Below are positions 53,500 to 62,103 of a stretch of DNA of 64,000 nucleotides, in pieces. The stretch lies in the NCBI GenBank assembly GCA_026413965.1, contig JAOAJY010000002.1, positions 12,273 through 76,272 on the forward strand, in the 5' to 3' direction. This DNA is from Candidatus Micrarchaeota archaeon. Its GTDB lineage: Archaea > Micrarchaeota > Micrarchaeia > Anstonellales > Anstonellaceae. A program made the translations under genes and the position numbers. The stretch's first letter is position 1. Every line of letters starts with the position of its first letter. Under the pieces are notes generated by a model. The model made no database searches, was not told the origin of the DNA, and saw nothing but the letters and a program-made list of their open reading frames with translations.

Positions 53500-54861
53500 T
53501 CACCACGAATATCTCATCCCAAAAAGCTCGTGAAGGTATGCCATAAGGAACGTGAATCCTATGAAGAATGGATAAACCCACATAAGAAGCACCAGGGGCA
53601 GCATGTGCCGCGGCTGAGGCTCGGTGTTGGATATCTCAAAGCTTTTCACCAAAAAATAAGTCCAGATGGAAAGCGAGAATATGCCCAGTATCCAGCTGGA
53701 TTGGAAAACCAGCAGCCCCTCTCCCCAGTTTGTGGCAGCTGCGGCAATCCCAGCAGGCAAATTGGCTGCAAAGGGCGCCAGCCAGTCAAAGACTCCCCTG
53801 CTCCAGCTCATCAGCGTCCAAGCCATGAAAAGCGCCGCGAAAAAGCCTGAGCCCAGCGTGGTGGGCAGGATGAAAAGCCCGAATTGCCCGTATTTTGGGT
53901 TGAAGAAAAGGTCGATGTATTTCAGGATGTTCATCACTCCTCCCCTGTACCACCTCAGCCTCTGGCGGAAAAGCTTCCTTAGCGTTGCAGGCACCTCTGT
54001 GAAGACTTGCGTCTCATGGCATGCCCTTATCTTATAGCCGTTCTTCTGCAGCCTCAGCGCAATCTCCATGTCCTCAGTCAGGTTCTGCTCGTCAAACCCG
54101 CCAAGGCTCAAAAGCACGTCTTTGCGGTAAAAGGCAGTGGGCCCTGGGGTGACGTAAAGCCCGTCTATGCTTGCGATGGTACGGAAAAAGAACCCGAACG
54201 ATATCCAATACTCTATCTCCTGTATCCTTTGGAGAAGGGTTTTTGGTCGGCTGACGCAGACGAAAACCACCACAGAGGCGACCTTGTCGTCTTCGTAAAA
54301 GTGCTTGACTGCTTTCTGCAGAGCATCCTTTTGCGGGTATGTGTCAGAATCGATGCATGCCACAATTTCCCCTTTGGCGTGCCTTATTGCGTAGTTGAGC
54401 GCAGAGGCTTTGCCGCGGTTTTTCTCGTTGCGAAGAAGGGTTATGCCCTTCTCATTCTTCAGCTTCTCATAGGAGCCGTCAGTTGAGCCGTCATCCACCA
54501 CTATTATGTCAAAAGTCCCGCTGTACTCCATTTTTTTGCATGCAGCAAGGCATTCGAATATCGTGTCCCCAGTGTTGAACGATGGGACCACCACGGTGAC
54601 ATGCGGGTATTTTTTTGGCTCAGGCAGGATGGGCTCGGTTCTTGCCCCCTCCAGCCACATTATCAGGTAGGCTGAGAAAATGAAGAGGGTGAGGATGGTG
54701 TATCCTATGAAGATTATCTGATAGGATATGGACAAAAAGACAAAGACTGCAAGCGCTACCAGAATCATTCCGATTATTGCCAGCTCTTTCCTCTCAGGTA
54801 TGTGGATTGTGGAGCGGCGGTATTCCTTTTTCCCACTTTCCAACTGCTCACCGACCCTCAA
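53500..54861 (-). CDS. Processive family 2 glycosyltransferase (cellulose/chitin/PNAG-synthase-like)
   Basis: VVVPSFN, VVDDGSTDGS, IDSDT, TEDMEIALR and QRLRWYRG (QxxRW), with N- and C-terminal TM helices. Confidence 0.8.
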   Translation of the reverse strand: MRVGEQLESGKKEYRRSTIHIPERKELAIIGMILVALAVFVFLSISYQIIFIGYTILTLFIFSAYLIMWLEGARTEPILPEPKKYPHVTVVVPSFNTGDTIFECLAACKKMEYSGTFDIIVVDDGSTDGSYEKLKNEKGITLLRNEKNRGKASALNYAIRHAKGEIVACIDSDTYPQKDALQKAVKHFYEDDKVASVVVFVCVSRPKTLLQRIQEIEYWISFGFFFRTIASIDGLYVTPGPTAFYRKDVLLSLGGFDEQNLTEDMEIALRLQKNGYKIRACHETQVFTEVPATLRKLFRQRLRWYRGGVMNILKYIDLFFNPKYGQFGLFILPTTLGSGFFAALFMAWTLMSWSRGVFDWLAPFAANLPAGIAAAATNWGEGLLVFQSSWILGIFSLSIWTYFLVKSFEISNTEPQPRHMLPLVLLMWVYPFFIGFTFLMAYLHELFGMRYSW

Positions 54862-55505
54862 TCTTTGTCGAATGCTGCCTCTATCTGCCAGTCTGCCTGC
54901 AGGCCAAAAAGGACGGTCTTGTCGTCAATCACCAGCGCAGGCACTTGCGTTATGCCGTGGCGCCTGACAAGCGCATTCAGGAAAGGCAAATCCGCATCAT
55001 GCGGGAAGGCGAAGACACGCAGATTGGGGTGCTTTTCCCTCAGCGCGTCAAGTATCTTGCCTTGCGCGGCGCACTCAGGGCAGCTCTGCTTTATTTTGTA
55101 GAAGAAAAGGATGGTGGTGTGGCTGTTTTGCGCGCAGTATTTTTCTGCAAGCCTGAGGTTTAGGTAAAGGGCGGCATTGGAGAGGTAGTACTGGTTCCTT
55201 ATTTTCTCATACTCCGCATTGAGTATGTTGCTTTGCTCATACTGCCTGATTTTTTCGGCAAGGAGGTATGCCTTGTTCGCCTTGCTTTCGGTCGCGGTGG
55301 CGAAATAGGAGCAAAGCTCCGCCTGGCTTCCGATTGTCTGCGAGTAGAGGAACATCAGCCTTTCAGACTCAAGCTGATAAGAAAGCTCATCCAGCTGGCT
55401 GCGAAGCTCTGATGCCCTCATGGAGTCAAACTGGCTGATGAAAAAAAATCCAAGGAAGGTGAGCGCGACTGTTAGCAGGGCCGCTTTCAGGTATGGACTT
55501 GCCAT
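54858..55505 (-). CDS. Membrane-anchored thioredoxin-fold protein (CPEC)
   Basis: N-terminal TM (KAALLTVALTFLGFFFI), a helical region, then YKIKQSCPECAAQGKIL...VPALVIDD. It overlaps the GT2 gene by 4 nt. Confidence 0.6.
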   Translation of the reverse strand: MASPYLKAALLTVALTFLGFFFISQFDSMRASELRSQLDELSYQLESERLMFLYSQTIGSQAELCSYFATATESKANKAYLLAEKIRQYEQSNILNAEYEKIRNQYYLSNAALYLNLRLAEKYCAQNSHTTILFFYKIKQSCPECAAQGKILDALREKHPNLRVFAFPHDADLPFLNALVRRHGITQVPALVIDDKTVLFGLQADWQIEAAFDKD

Positions 55506-55521
55506 GTTTTCCCTCTTTTGC

Positions 55522-56979
55522 CTATGCTTTGCTTCCGCCCTTGCTTTCCTCCCACATCTTTCTTATAAGCGAGCGAAGCTCGTCTCTCTTTCGCTCAAAT
55601 TCCTCCTCTTCCTCCTTTGTCAGCTTTATCCTTTCTATGAAATTAGATGGGCTGGCAGGAGCGCTGATTTGGGCTTGCTCCTCCTCTCCAGAGCTTGCCA
55701 CTGCCATGCTCCCTGCTTCCATCTTGATTAGCTCCGCCTCCTTAAGAAGCCCCTTAAGCTTGTCCTCAAGGATTTTCTGCTCTCCTGAAATCTCATTGAC
55801 AACCATAATGATTTTCTGCAGCTCCTCCGCCTCGCCTGATTTTTCCCACTGCCGCATCTTCTCAATCGCCTTCTTGCGCTCCTCTATCCTGCCAAGCGCA
55901 TTCTTCTCCAGCAAAGCAAGCTCCTCTCCTGCCCTGCTTATCTCTTCATATATGCTGACATACTCCTCCTTTGCCTGCTGAATCATGCTGCTTATTTCCT
56001 TTTGCCGCTCCGCCTCTTGGGCAAGCTGCGCCGCCTGCCTCTTCACCAAAGCCAAGGCATCAGAGAGGCTGTCGCTTATTTTCCTTTTCTGCCTGCTTAT
56101 GTCCTCCTCAATTCTCCTGATTTCAGCAAGCTTTTTCTTTGCGCCAGCAAGCCCGCCGCCCTCTGCCGCCAGGCTATCCATCTTCTTTTCGGCTTCAGCC
56201 AACCTTTTTGACACATCTTTTTGCTCTTCCAAAAGAGCCTCTATCGCGCTTATCATCTCCTCCTTTTGCGATTTGATTGCGGCAAGCTCCGACCGGATTT
56301 CCGCTATGCTCTCCTCCTCTTTGCCTTCCTCCACAGCTTTCCTCAGCTCTTTGACCTGCCGCTCAAGCGACTCCGCAAGCTGCTTGGCGTCCTCCATCTG
56401 AGTCTTTATGGTGGTCTCAAAATTGCGCAGGACCGCCATGTCTCTCTCGCTTCTTTTTGGGTCCATCGCTTCCGCTTTGCCGATCTTTTTTTCTATGGCG
56501 CGCAGCTTCTCCTGCAGCCCCTCCAGCTTTTGCTTGCCTGAATTTATTGCGGTTTTGTACTTTTCAGCAACCTCCTCAAGCTGGCGCCCTATTTTTTCAG
56601 CATCAACAGGAAGCTCATCCGGCTTGCTTATGGCTTGCAGCTGCTCCCTTATGCTTTTGAGCTCTGCCCCTCCTTCCTCAACTTTCGCAAGAAGCCGCTC
56701 CACCTCTTCTTTGGCATGCTCAGCCTTCTCCTCAAGCTTGCCGCTTCTTTTGCTCACATATTCGCTTGTGGGCTCTTGCCAAACAAGATAGACCTTTGTC
56801 AGCTTGTACTCTACCCTAATCAGCCCCTCTTCCTCAAGGACATGCGCCCAGTCCTCAATTATCCTAAGCGGCTGGCGAAGCTCTTTTGCGGCAGCCGCTG
56901 CCTCCAGCCTTCCCCTTTCTTTGACCAGGCGGATCAGCTGGTCCACTCCTGTTGATATGAAAAGGTCATCCAAAGGCAT
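55522..56979 (-). CDS. Long coiled-coil protein with an N-terminal winged-helix-like module
   Basis: The N-terminus GVDQLIRLVKERGRLEAAAAAKELRQPLRIIEDWAHVLEEEGLIRVEY is followed by ~400 aa of E/K/A/L-rich heptad-like sequence. Confidence 0.6.
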   Translation of the reverse strand: MPLDDLFISTGVDQLIRLVKERGRLEAAAAAKELRQPLRIIEDWAHVLEEEGLIRVEYKLTKVYLVWQEPTSEYVSKRSGKLEEKAEHAKEEVERLLAKVEEGGAELKSIREQLQAISKPDELPVDAEKIGRQLEEVAEKYKTAINSGKQKLEGLQEKLRAIEKKIGKAEAMDPKRSERDMAVLRNFETTIKTQMEDAKQLAESLERQVKELRKAVEEGKEEESIAEIRSELAAIKSQKEEMISAIEALLEEQKDVSKRLAEAEKKMDSLAAEGGGLAGAKKKLAEIRRIEEDISRQKRKISDSLSDALALVKRQAAQLAQEAERQKEISSMIQQAKEEYVSIYEEISRAGEELALLEKNALGRIEERKKAIEKMRQWEKSGEAEELQKIIMVVNEISGEQKILEDKLKGLLKEAELIKMEAGSMAVASSGEEEQAQISAPASPSNFIERIKLTKEEEEEFERKRDELRSLIRKMWEESKGGSKA

Positions 56980-57062
56980 GCATTAGCGTTCAAATCCAAT
57001 CCTTATAAAGATTTGTGCGGTAGTCCTATTCGTAAAACATTGCTTTTGCAGCGAGGAAACTT

Positions 57063-58289
57063 ATGCCAAATTCCGATTTTGACATCAGGCTAAAGCGCGA
57101 ATCCCGCACATCTTTGCAGGCATACCGAGACCAATCCCTCCTGCAAAGAAGGTTCGGGGACGTGGCAGTCAAGCTGTACAATCTCATAGACAGCGGAAAG
57201 ACTGCCTCTGAGCTTATGGCGCAGCTGAAAATAAGCGAAGAGCAGTTCATGCAGATACTGGAGTTCATGAACAACAACGCGATGGTCAGCGTGGTGCAGG
57301 AGGCTCCGCAAGAGGGGAAAGCCGCCGCAAGGCAAGCTCCGCCTGCAGGCTCAGGCGAGCCTGGCGGCCAGGAAGGGGAGGAGGGGCAGGAAAAGCCAGA
57401 AAGCCCTCCAGCAATATCTCCTGAAAAGCTCTCCCCGCTTGAAAAGGCAATTTTCGAAAAGTATGGAGAGATAGGCGTCAGGATATACAGCATGATAGAT
57501 GGCGAAAAGACAGCCGAGGAGATACTCAAGCAGACCGGAGTTTCTGAGGCAAAGCTTGTGGAGATTCTTGAGTTCATGGACCAGCGCGGTATAATAAAGC
57601 TGGAAAATCCAAGCGAAGCAAAGCAGCAGGAGAGCCCCTCTGGCCAAAGCCCTGAAACTGAAAGCCAGACGGAAGAGCCGGCGCTGGAGCCTCGCTTCAA
57701 GCCTCTGATTGAGGAGGAGCCAGAGGAAAAGCCCTTTGTCCCTCCAAAGCCGCCCCCCAAAAAGCCTCCTGAGAAGGAGCAGAAGCATGAGGAGGAAGTT
57801 CCTGCGGAAGAGATAGTGATGGTGGATGTCCCTTCCATAAACAAGCTTTCCATTATGCAGCATGCTCTTTTTTTCGCTGAGCTTTCCACAAAGTTTGACA
57901 AGAAAGCCAAAAGCCTGATGGATTCTGTGGATGGGCAGAAGGATTTCATAGACCTCTCCCTTTCAACAGGCCTTTCGCTTTACGAGATAGATGCGATAAT
58001 GGCTTACTTTGGGAAAAAGGGATTCCTTTCATTCAGGCAGCTTAGCCGCGAGGAGATAAAGAAAAAGTACGGAGAGGACGGGTTTGCCATCTACAAAAGG
58101 TTTGGGAGGGACGGGCTGCTTTTGTATGAGATGATTGGCAAAGAGGCTTCCTTGCGGGACATAATAGTCAAAAGCAAGCTGGACCCTGACCGAGCAATTG
58201 ACATATTGATTTTCATCCACAAAGTTTTGGGCTTGGACATACCGATAGACAGGAACGTGATTTACAGGCAGCTTGGGCTCAAAAAATGA
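57063..58289 (+). CDS. Protein with four winged-helix-like repeats joined by P/E-rich linkers
   Basis: The repeats include VKLYNLIDSGKTASELMAQLKISEEQFMQILEFMNNNAMV and VRIYSMIDGEKTAEEILKQTGVSEAKLVEILEFMDQRGII, plus two more degenerate copies. The linkers are P/E/K-rich. Confidence 0.6.
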   Translation: MPNSDFDIRLKRESRTSLQAYRDQSLLQRRFGDVAVKLYNLIDSGKTASELMAQLKISEEQFMQILEFMNNNAMVSVVQEAPQEGKAAARQAPPAGSGEPGGQEGEEGQEKPESPPAISPEKLSPLEKAIFEKYGEIGVRIYSMIDGEKTAEEILKQTGVSEAKLVEILEFMDQRGIIKLENPSEAKQQESPSGQSPETESQTEEPALEPRFKPLIEEEPEEKPFVPPKPPPKKPPEKEQKHEEEVPAEEIVMVDVPSINKLSIMQHALFFAELSTKFDKKAKSLMDSVDGQKDFIDLSLSTGLSLYEIDAIMAYFGKKGFLSFRQLSREEIKKKYGEDGFAIYKRFGRDGLLLYEMIGKEASLRDIIVKSKLDPDRAIDILIFIHKVLGLDIPIDRNVIYRQLGLKK

Positions 58290-58385
58290 GCCTCAGTTCC
58301 TCAGGCACGAAAGCATGAATCCTTCTGCTTTCAACAGGAGAAAACGCCTCAAAAAATTGAGCCTCAGTTCCTCAGGCGCGAAAGC
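58278..58385 (+). repeat. Two copies of a ~37-nt direct repeat, 70 nt apart
   Basis: CTCAAAAAATGAGCCTCAGTTCCTCAGGCACGAAAGC (58278..58314) versus CTCAAAAAATTGAGCCTCAGTTCCTCAGGCGCGAAAGC (58348..58385). Copy 2 ends in the hairpin GGCGC-GAAA-GCGCC. Confidence 0.8.
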
Positions 58386-58816
58386 GCCATTCTCTCAATC
58401 CCAAGCTCAGCCTGATAGTACTTGCCTATTTTTCTGCCAAGCTTGCTCAGCCGCGCTCTTCTTGCCTTCTTTAAGGCAAGCCTCTTTCGGAGCTGAGGAA
58501 GGGGGATTTTGCTTTTTGCCACAATCAAAAAATCCCCAGGGTCCCTAACTCCGACTTTCCTTGCGGCTGAGCTGAAATTGGTCTCTGATGCAAGGAAAAG
58601 CATGGCTTCATTCGGAAGCCTGGAGGATATGTTCTTTCCCTCGCCAAATGCTTTCTGCGCCAAAGCCAGCGCAGCCTCCAGCTCTTTCTGCGTGCCTGCC
58701 GCATCCGGGCGAAGAAGGAGGGCTGGGAAATCCTTCGCCCTGCTGACAAGCTCGCTTGCGCTTTTCAGCCCAGAGGAGCATCTGAGCACCATCATAATGG
58801 GAACAAGGCAAGCCAA
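58364..58816 (-). CDS. cgi121: Cgi121-like KEOPS subunit (putative)
   Basis: 150 aa. NISSRLPNEAMLFLASETNFSSAARKVGVRDPGDFLIV parallels the archaeal Cgi121 core (ILVRASGQRQIHEAIKIIGAKDG-like). The call rests on a remembered pattern only. Confidence 0.5.
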   Translation of the reverse strand: MACLVPIMMVLRCSSGLKSASELVSRAKDFPALLLRPDAAGTQKELEAALALAQKAFGEGKNISSRLPNEAMLFLASETNFSSAARKVGVRDPGDFLIVAKSKIPLPQLRKRLALKKARRARLSKLGRKIGKYYQAELGIERMALSRLRN

Positions 58817-58896
58817 AGTTTATTATCTGCGCCCATCGGCCATGAAACATTTAAAAACACCTGCCAAGATAAAGCCTTATCAAATGGAGGGAATTT

Positions 58897-59277
58897 ATGG
58901 AGAATTATCACGGCCCATCAGGCTCAACCATCAAAGGCACTGGAGGAAAAAGAGGAAGGCAGAGCGACAAGAAGCTGCGCTTTGTGGGTGGAGCCTTCAC
59001 AGCAACCAAAATAGGCAAATCCGATGTGCGCGCAATAAGGAAAGGAAGAGGAGGCTGCAGGAAGGTCAAGCTTAAGATAGCGCGATTCGCCAACGTGCTG
59101 ACAAAAGACGGCATGAAGAAGGTGGCGCTGCGCACAGTCCTTGAGACTCCTGACAACAGGCACTACGCAAGGCAAAACATAATAACCAAAGGCGCGATTG
59201 TGGACACTGAGATAGGTAAAATAAAGGTCACCAACAGGGTTGGGCAGGACGGAGTGGTCAACGGCAAGCTCCTCTGA
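58897..59277 (+). CDS. rps8e: Ribosomal protein S8e
   Basis: GGKRGRQSDKK, TPDNRHYARQNIITKGAIV and a length of 126 aa. There is a TATA-like CATTTAAAAAC upstream. Confidence 0.9.
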   Translation: MENYHGPSGSTIKGTGGKRGRQSDKKLRFVGGAFTATKIGKSDVRAIRKGRGGCRKVKLKIARFANVLTKDGMKKVALRTVLETPDNRHYARQNIITKGAIVDTEIGKIKVTNRVGQDGVVNGKLL

Positions 59278-59278
59278 C

Positions 59279-60448
59279 TCAAGCCAGCATCATGATTGAC
59301 GGCAGGATTATGATGCCCATCAGGTGTATTCTTCTTACTCCAAGAAGCGGCGGCAATATTCCTATTGCTGCTGCTGCGCAAAAGACCACCAGCCCCTTCC
59401 AGCCGCACACCGCCATTATGGCAGCTGCAAGATAAGCCAGCATCAAAAGCCCGAATTCCTTTGAGCCCAAAGCCTGCATCTGCGCAAGCTTTTTTGCTGC
59501 TTTCAGAAGAATCACGCCTGCCAGCCCCATTGATGCAAGCAAGACTCCCAAAAGGGCAGGCAGCTGCGGCGCCTGAAGCTGCGCCACTTCCTGCATTATG
59601 GCGATAGAGCCCTCTCTTGCTTTTCCGATTGACATAAGCGCGGCAAATGAGAAGACGGCGTGCGAGGCGGCTATTGAGGAGACAAGCGCAAGGAATTGCT
59701 TTGGCTTGGCAGGCGGGAGTAAAATTGAGGCAAACGCCGCTATTTGTGCAGGCGCAGCCATCCCTGGAAGCAGATCCGAAAGCATGCCGAATGCTGCCCC
59801 AACAAAAACAAACGGGAGGAAATCCAGCTTGGTTTTGGTGATTCTTTGCGCAGAAAGCCACCTTTGCGACCCAGCCGAAAGGATTATGCCGCTTGCCGCA
59901 AAAAGCCCGGAGAAGGAAGGGAAAAGCGGGTCCTGCATCCCCAGCCTAAGCGTGGCGAGCCCCAAAAGGCCAGACAGCAAAAAGACAAAGGCAGCAAGCA
60001 GTATTTTTTCCGCCTTTTTCTCCTGCATGGCAAGGAAAATAGAGGCTGCTGCCAGCATGGCTGGAATAAAGGGCTCAATATTGCTGTATATTGCAGGAAG
60101 CGCCACCAGCGCAGCCGGGAAAAAAAGAGCTGAGGAGAGGGAGGCAATTAGGGCAGAAAGCACGCAGACTTCTATAGCCTCTATCCCTCTGCCTTGCATG
60201 GTCATCCTGTGGCCTGGCAGGGCGCAAGCCGCAAGCTGGCTGTCTGGCACTGAAAGGAAAACTGAGGGAAAGAACGAGAATATCAAATGCGCCCCAAGCG
60301 CAGCCACAACCACATACGCGAAAAGTTCATGGCTGATTTGGGCAGCCGCAAGAGTGGAGGCTATGGTGTTGGAATGGATGCCTGGTATAAGCCCGGACAG
60401 CATGCCAAGCAGCAGCCCTGCAATGACTGCCAAGATGGGCAAAACCAA
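59279..60448 (-). CDS. DUF112 / TctA-like integral membrane protein
   Basis: GLIPGIHSNT N-terminal motif and ~10 TM helices. Confidence 0.6.
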   Translation of the reverse strand: MVLPILAVIAGLLLGMLSGLIPGIHSNTIASTLAAAQISHELFAYVVVAALGAHLIFSFFPSVFLSVPDSQLAACALPGHRMTMQGRGIEAIEVCVLSALIASLSSALFFPAALVALPAIYSNIEPFIPAMLAAASIFLAMQEKKAEKILLAAFVFLLSGLLGLATLRLGMQDPLFPSFSGLFAASGIILSAGSQRWLSAQRITKTKLDFLPFVFVGAAFGMLSDLLPGMAAPAQIAAFASILLPPAKPKQFLALVSSIAASHAVFSFAALMSIGKAREGSIAIMQEVAQLQAPQLPALLGVLLASMGLAGVILLKAAKKLAQMQALGSKEFGLLMLAYLAAAIMAVCGWKGLVVFCAAAAIGILPPLLGVRRIHLMGIIILPSIMMLA

Positions 60449-60452
60449 TTCC

Positions 60453-60788
60453 TCACCGGACCGCCAGCTTTTCAGCCTCCAAATACCTTCGCCCCATGTA
60501 TTCCTTCACCCTCCCCACCACAGACACCTGCCTGCCTTGGGAAAGCAGCCTTGCCGAAGGGATGTTTTGGTGGCGCACGCTTATGCAAACCCTGTCGCAA
60601 AGCATGAATTTCCCGGAAGTGAGGTTTTCGGCTGCCCCCTCAATTTCCACCAATGAGTTTTCCTCCGAAACCATGGCGCCAGCCACGCTTGTTTTCTCCG
60701 GGCTTTCGGACAGGGCAAAAAGCAAAGCTATGCCCACCAACGCAACCAGCGCAGACGCCGCGGCAATTCTTCTTTCATCTGCCCACAT
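60453..60788 (-). CDS. Membrane-anchored OB-fold protein
   Basis: An N-terminal TM (AAASALVALVGIALLFAL) is followed by an OB-fold-like VEIEGAAENL...VSVVGRVKEYMGRRYLEAEKL. Confidence 0.5.
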   Translation of the reverse strand: MWADERRIAAASALVALVGIALLFALSESPEKTSVAGAMVSEENSLVEIEGAAENLTSGKFMLCDRVCISVRHQNIPSARLLSQGRQVSVVGRVKEYMGRRYLEAEKLAVR

Positions 60789-60825
60789 GGCATAAGGTTT
60801 AAAATCGCAAGATTAAAACCCTATC

Positions 60826-62103
60826 ATGCCGCTTCTCATAAAAAGGGCAACTTTGCTTTCCGGAAAAAAAGCAGATGTGCTGCTCCAAGACGGGAAAATC
60901 TCCAAAATAGCCCCGCAAATCAGCTTTTCAGGGGACAAGCTTGACGGCAGCGGAAAGCTCCTTTTGCCAGGGCTGATAAACACGCACACCCATGCGGCAA
61001 TGAGCCTTCTTAGGGGCTTGGCTGAGGACATGCAGCTTTCCGATTGGCTCAAAAAAGTATGGGCATATGAGCGCATAATGTCTCCTGCTTCGGTGAGGGC
61101 TGGGGCTGAGCTTGCCTGCCTTGAGATGCTGCAAAGCGGCACAACCTGCTTTTCAGACATGTATTTCCACATGGACGAGGTCGCCTTGGCTGCCAAAAAA
61201 AGCGGCATCCGCGCGGTCTTAGGCTACGGCATGATAGACCTTGGGGATGCCAAAAAGAGGAAAAGCGAGCTTGCCTGCGCCGAGCGATTCATAAAAGAAT
61301 GGAACGGCAAGGCAGACGGGCGGATATCCTGCTCAGTTGCTCCGCATTCAATCTACACCTGCTCTGCCGAGCTTCTTTTGCAGTCGCGCCAGCTTTCTGA
61401 AAAATACTCTCTGCCTATGCACATCCACCTCTCTGAGACAAGGGCAGAGGTCTTTGACTGCCTAAAAGAGAAGAAGGCAAGGCCGGCATACTACCTTGAC
61501 AGGCTGGGCGCAATTTCAGAAAAGATGGTTGCTGCGCACTGCGTGTGGCTGACCAAGGAGGAGGTGCGCCTTCTTGCTCTCCGCAAAGCCTCTGCCTCCC
61601 TCAACCCAATCTCCAACATGAAGCTTGCCGGAGGCTCTGCCGCCCCAATGCCTGAGATGCAGGAATTTGGGATGAATGTGTCAATAGGCACAGACGGCCC
61701 TGCCTCAGGCGGCTCTTTTTCCATGTTTGACGCCATGAGGACTCTTGCCCTGCTGCAGAAAAACCAGAGGTGGGACGCAAGGGTGGCAAAGGATTCTGAT
61801 GTTCTGCAGGCGGCAACTTTGGGCGGGGCGAGGGCGCTGGGCGTGCCGGCTGGCCAGATAAAAGAGGGCGCGCTGGCAGACCTCATTCTTCTTGACCTGC
61901 GCGCATCCAACCTGATGCCTGCGCATTCCCTTTGCGCAAACGTGGTCTATTCTGCCCATGCCGGCAATGTCACTGATGTGATTGTGGATGGGAAGGTTGT
62001 GGTTGAGAGCCGCAGGGTGCTTGCCTTTGATGCTGATAAAGTGGCGGAAAGGGCAGCAAAGGAAGCCCAGAGGCTTTCAGACAAGGCTAGTGCCTTATCC
62101 TGA
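60826..62103 (+). CDS. mtaD: Amidohydrolase, 5'-methylthioadenosine/S-adenosylhomocysteine deaminase-like
   Basis: PGLINTHTHAAMSLLRGLAEDMQLSDWL, HLSET and IGTDG motifs (metal-dependent deaminase). Confidence 0.75.
   Translation: MPLLIKRATLLSGKKADVLLQDGKISKIAPQISFSGDKLDGSGKLLLPGLINTHTHAAMSLLRGLAEDMQLSDWLKKVWAYERIMSPASVRAGAELACLEMLQSGTTCFSDMYFHMDEVALAAKKSGIRAVLGYGMIDLGDAKKRKSELACAERFIKEWNGKADGRISCSVAPHSIYTCSAELLLQSRQLSEKYSLPMHIHLSETRAEVFDCLKEKKARPAYYLDRLGAISEKMVAAHCVWLTKEEVRLLALRKASASLNPISNMKLAGGSAAPMPEMQEFGMNVSIGTDGPASGGSFSMFDAMRTLALLQKNQRWDARVAKDSDVLQAATLGGARALGVPAGQIKEGALADLILLDLRASNLMPAHSLCANVVYSAHAGNVTDVIVDGKVVVESRRVLAFDADKVAERAAKEAQRLSDKASALS

Noticed and set aside
57026-57949. A long antisense ORF (307 aa) opposite the winged-helix-repeat gene. 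Similar cases are 59598..60656 (352 aa, opposite the DUF112 gene), 24084..24929 (opposite the ABCE1/Pelota-flanked gene), and the series 40362..42104 opposite cdc48.
   Set aside because: All of these are Ser/Ala/Pro/Leu-rich, low-complexity translations lying opposite genes with strong family motifs or clearly protein-like sequence. This is the typical shadow-ORF behaviour of mid/high-GC coding DNA.
58278-58385. A possible CRISPR-like array, based on the 37-nt direct repeats.
   Set aside because: There are only two copies. They overlap coding sequence, there are no cas genes, and the spacing is not array-like. No other CRISPR-type repeat cluster was seen in the window.
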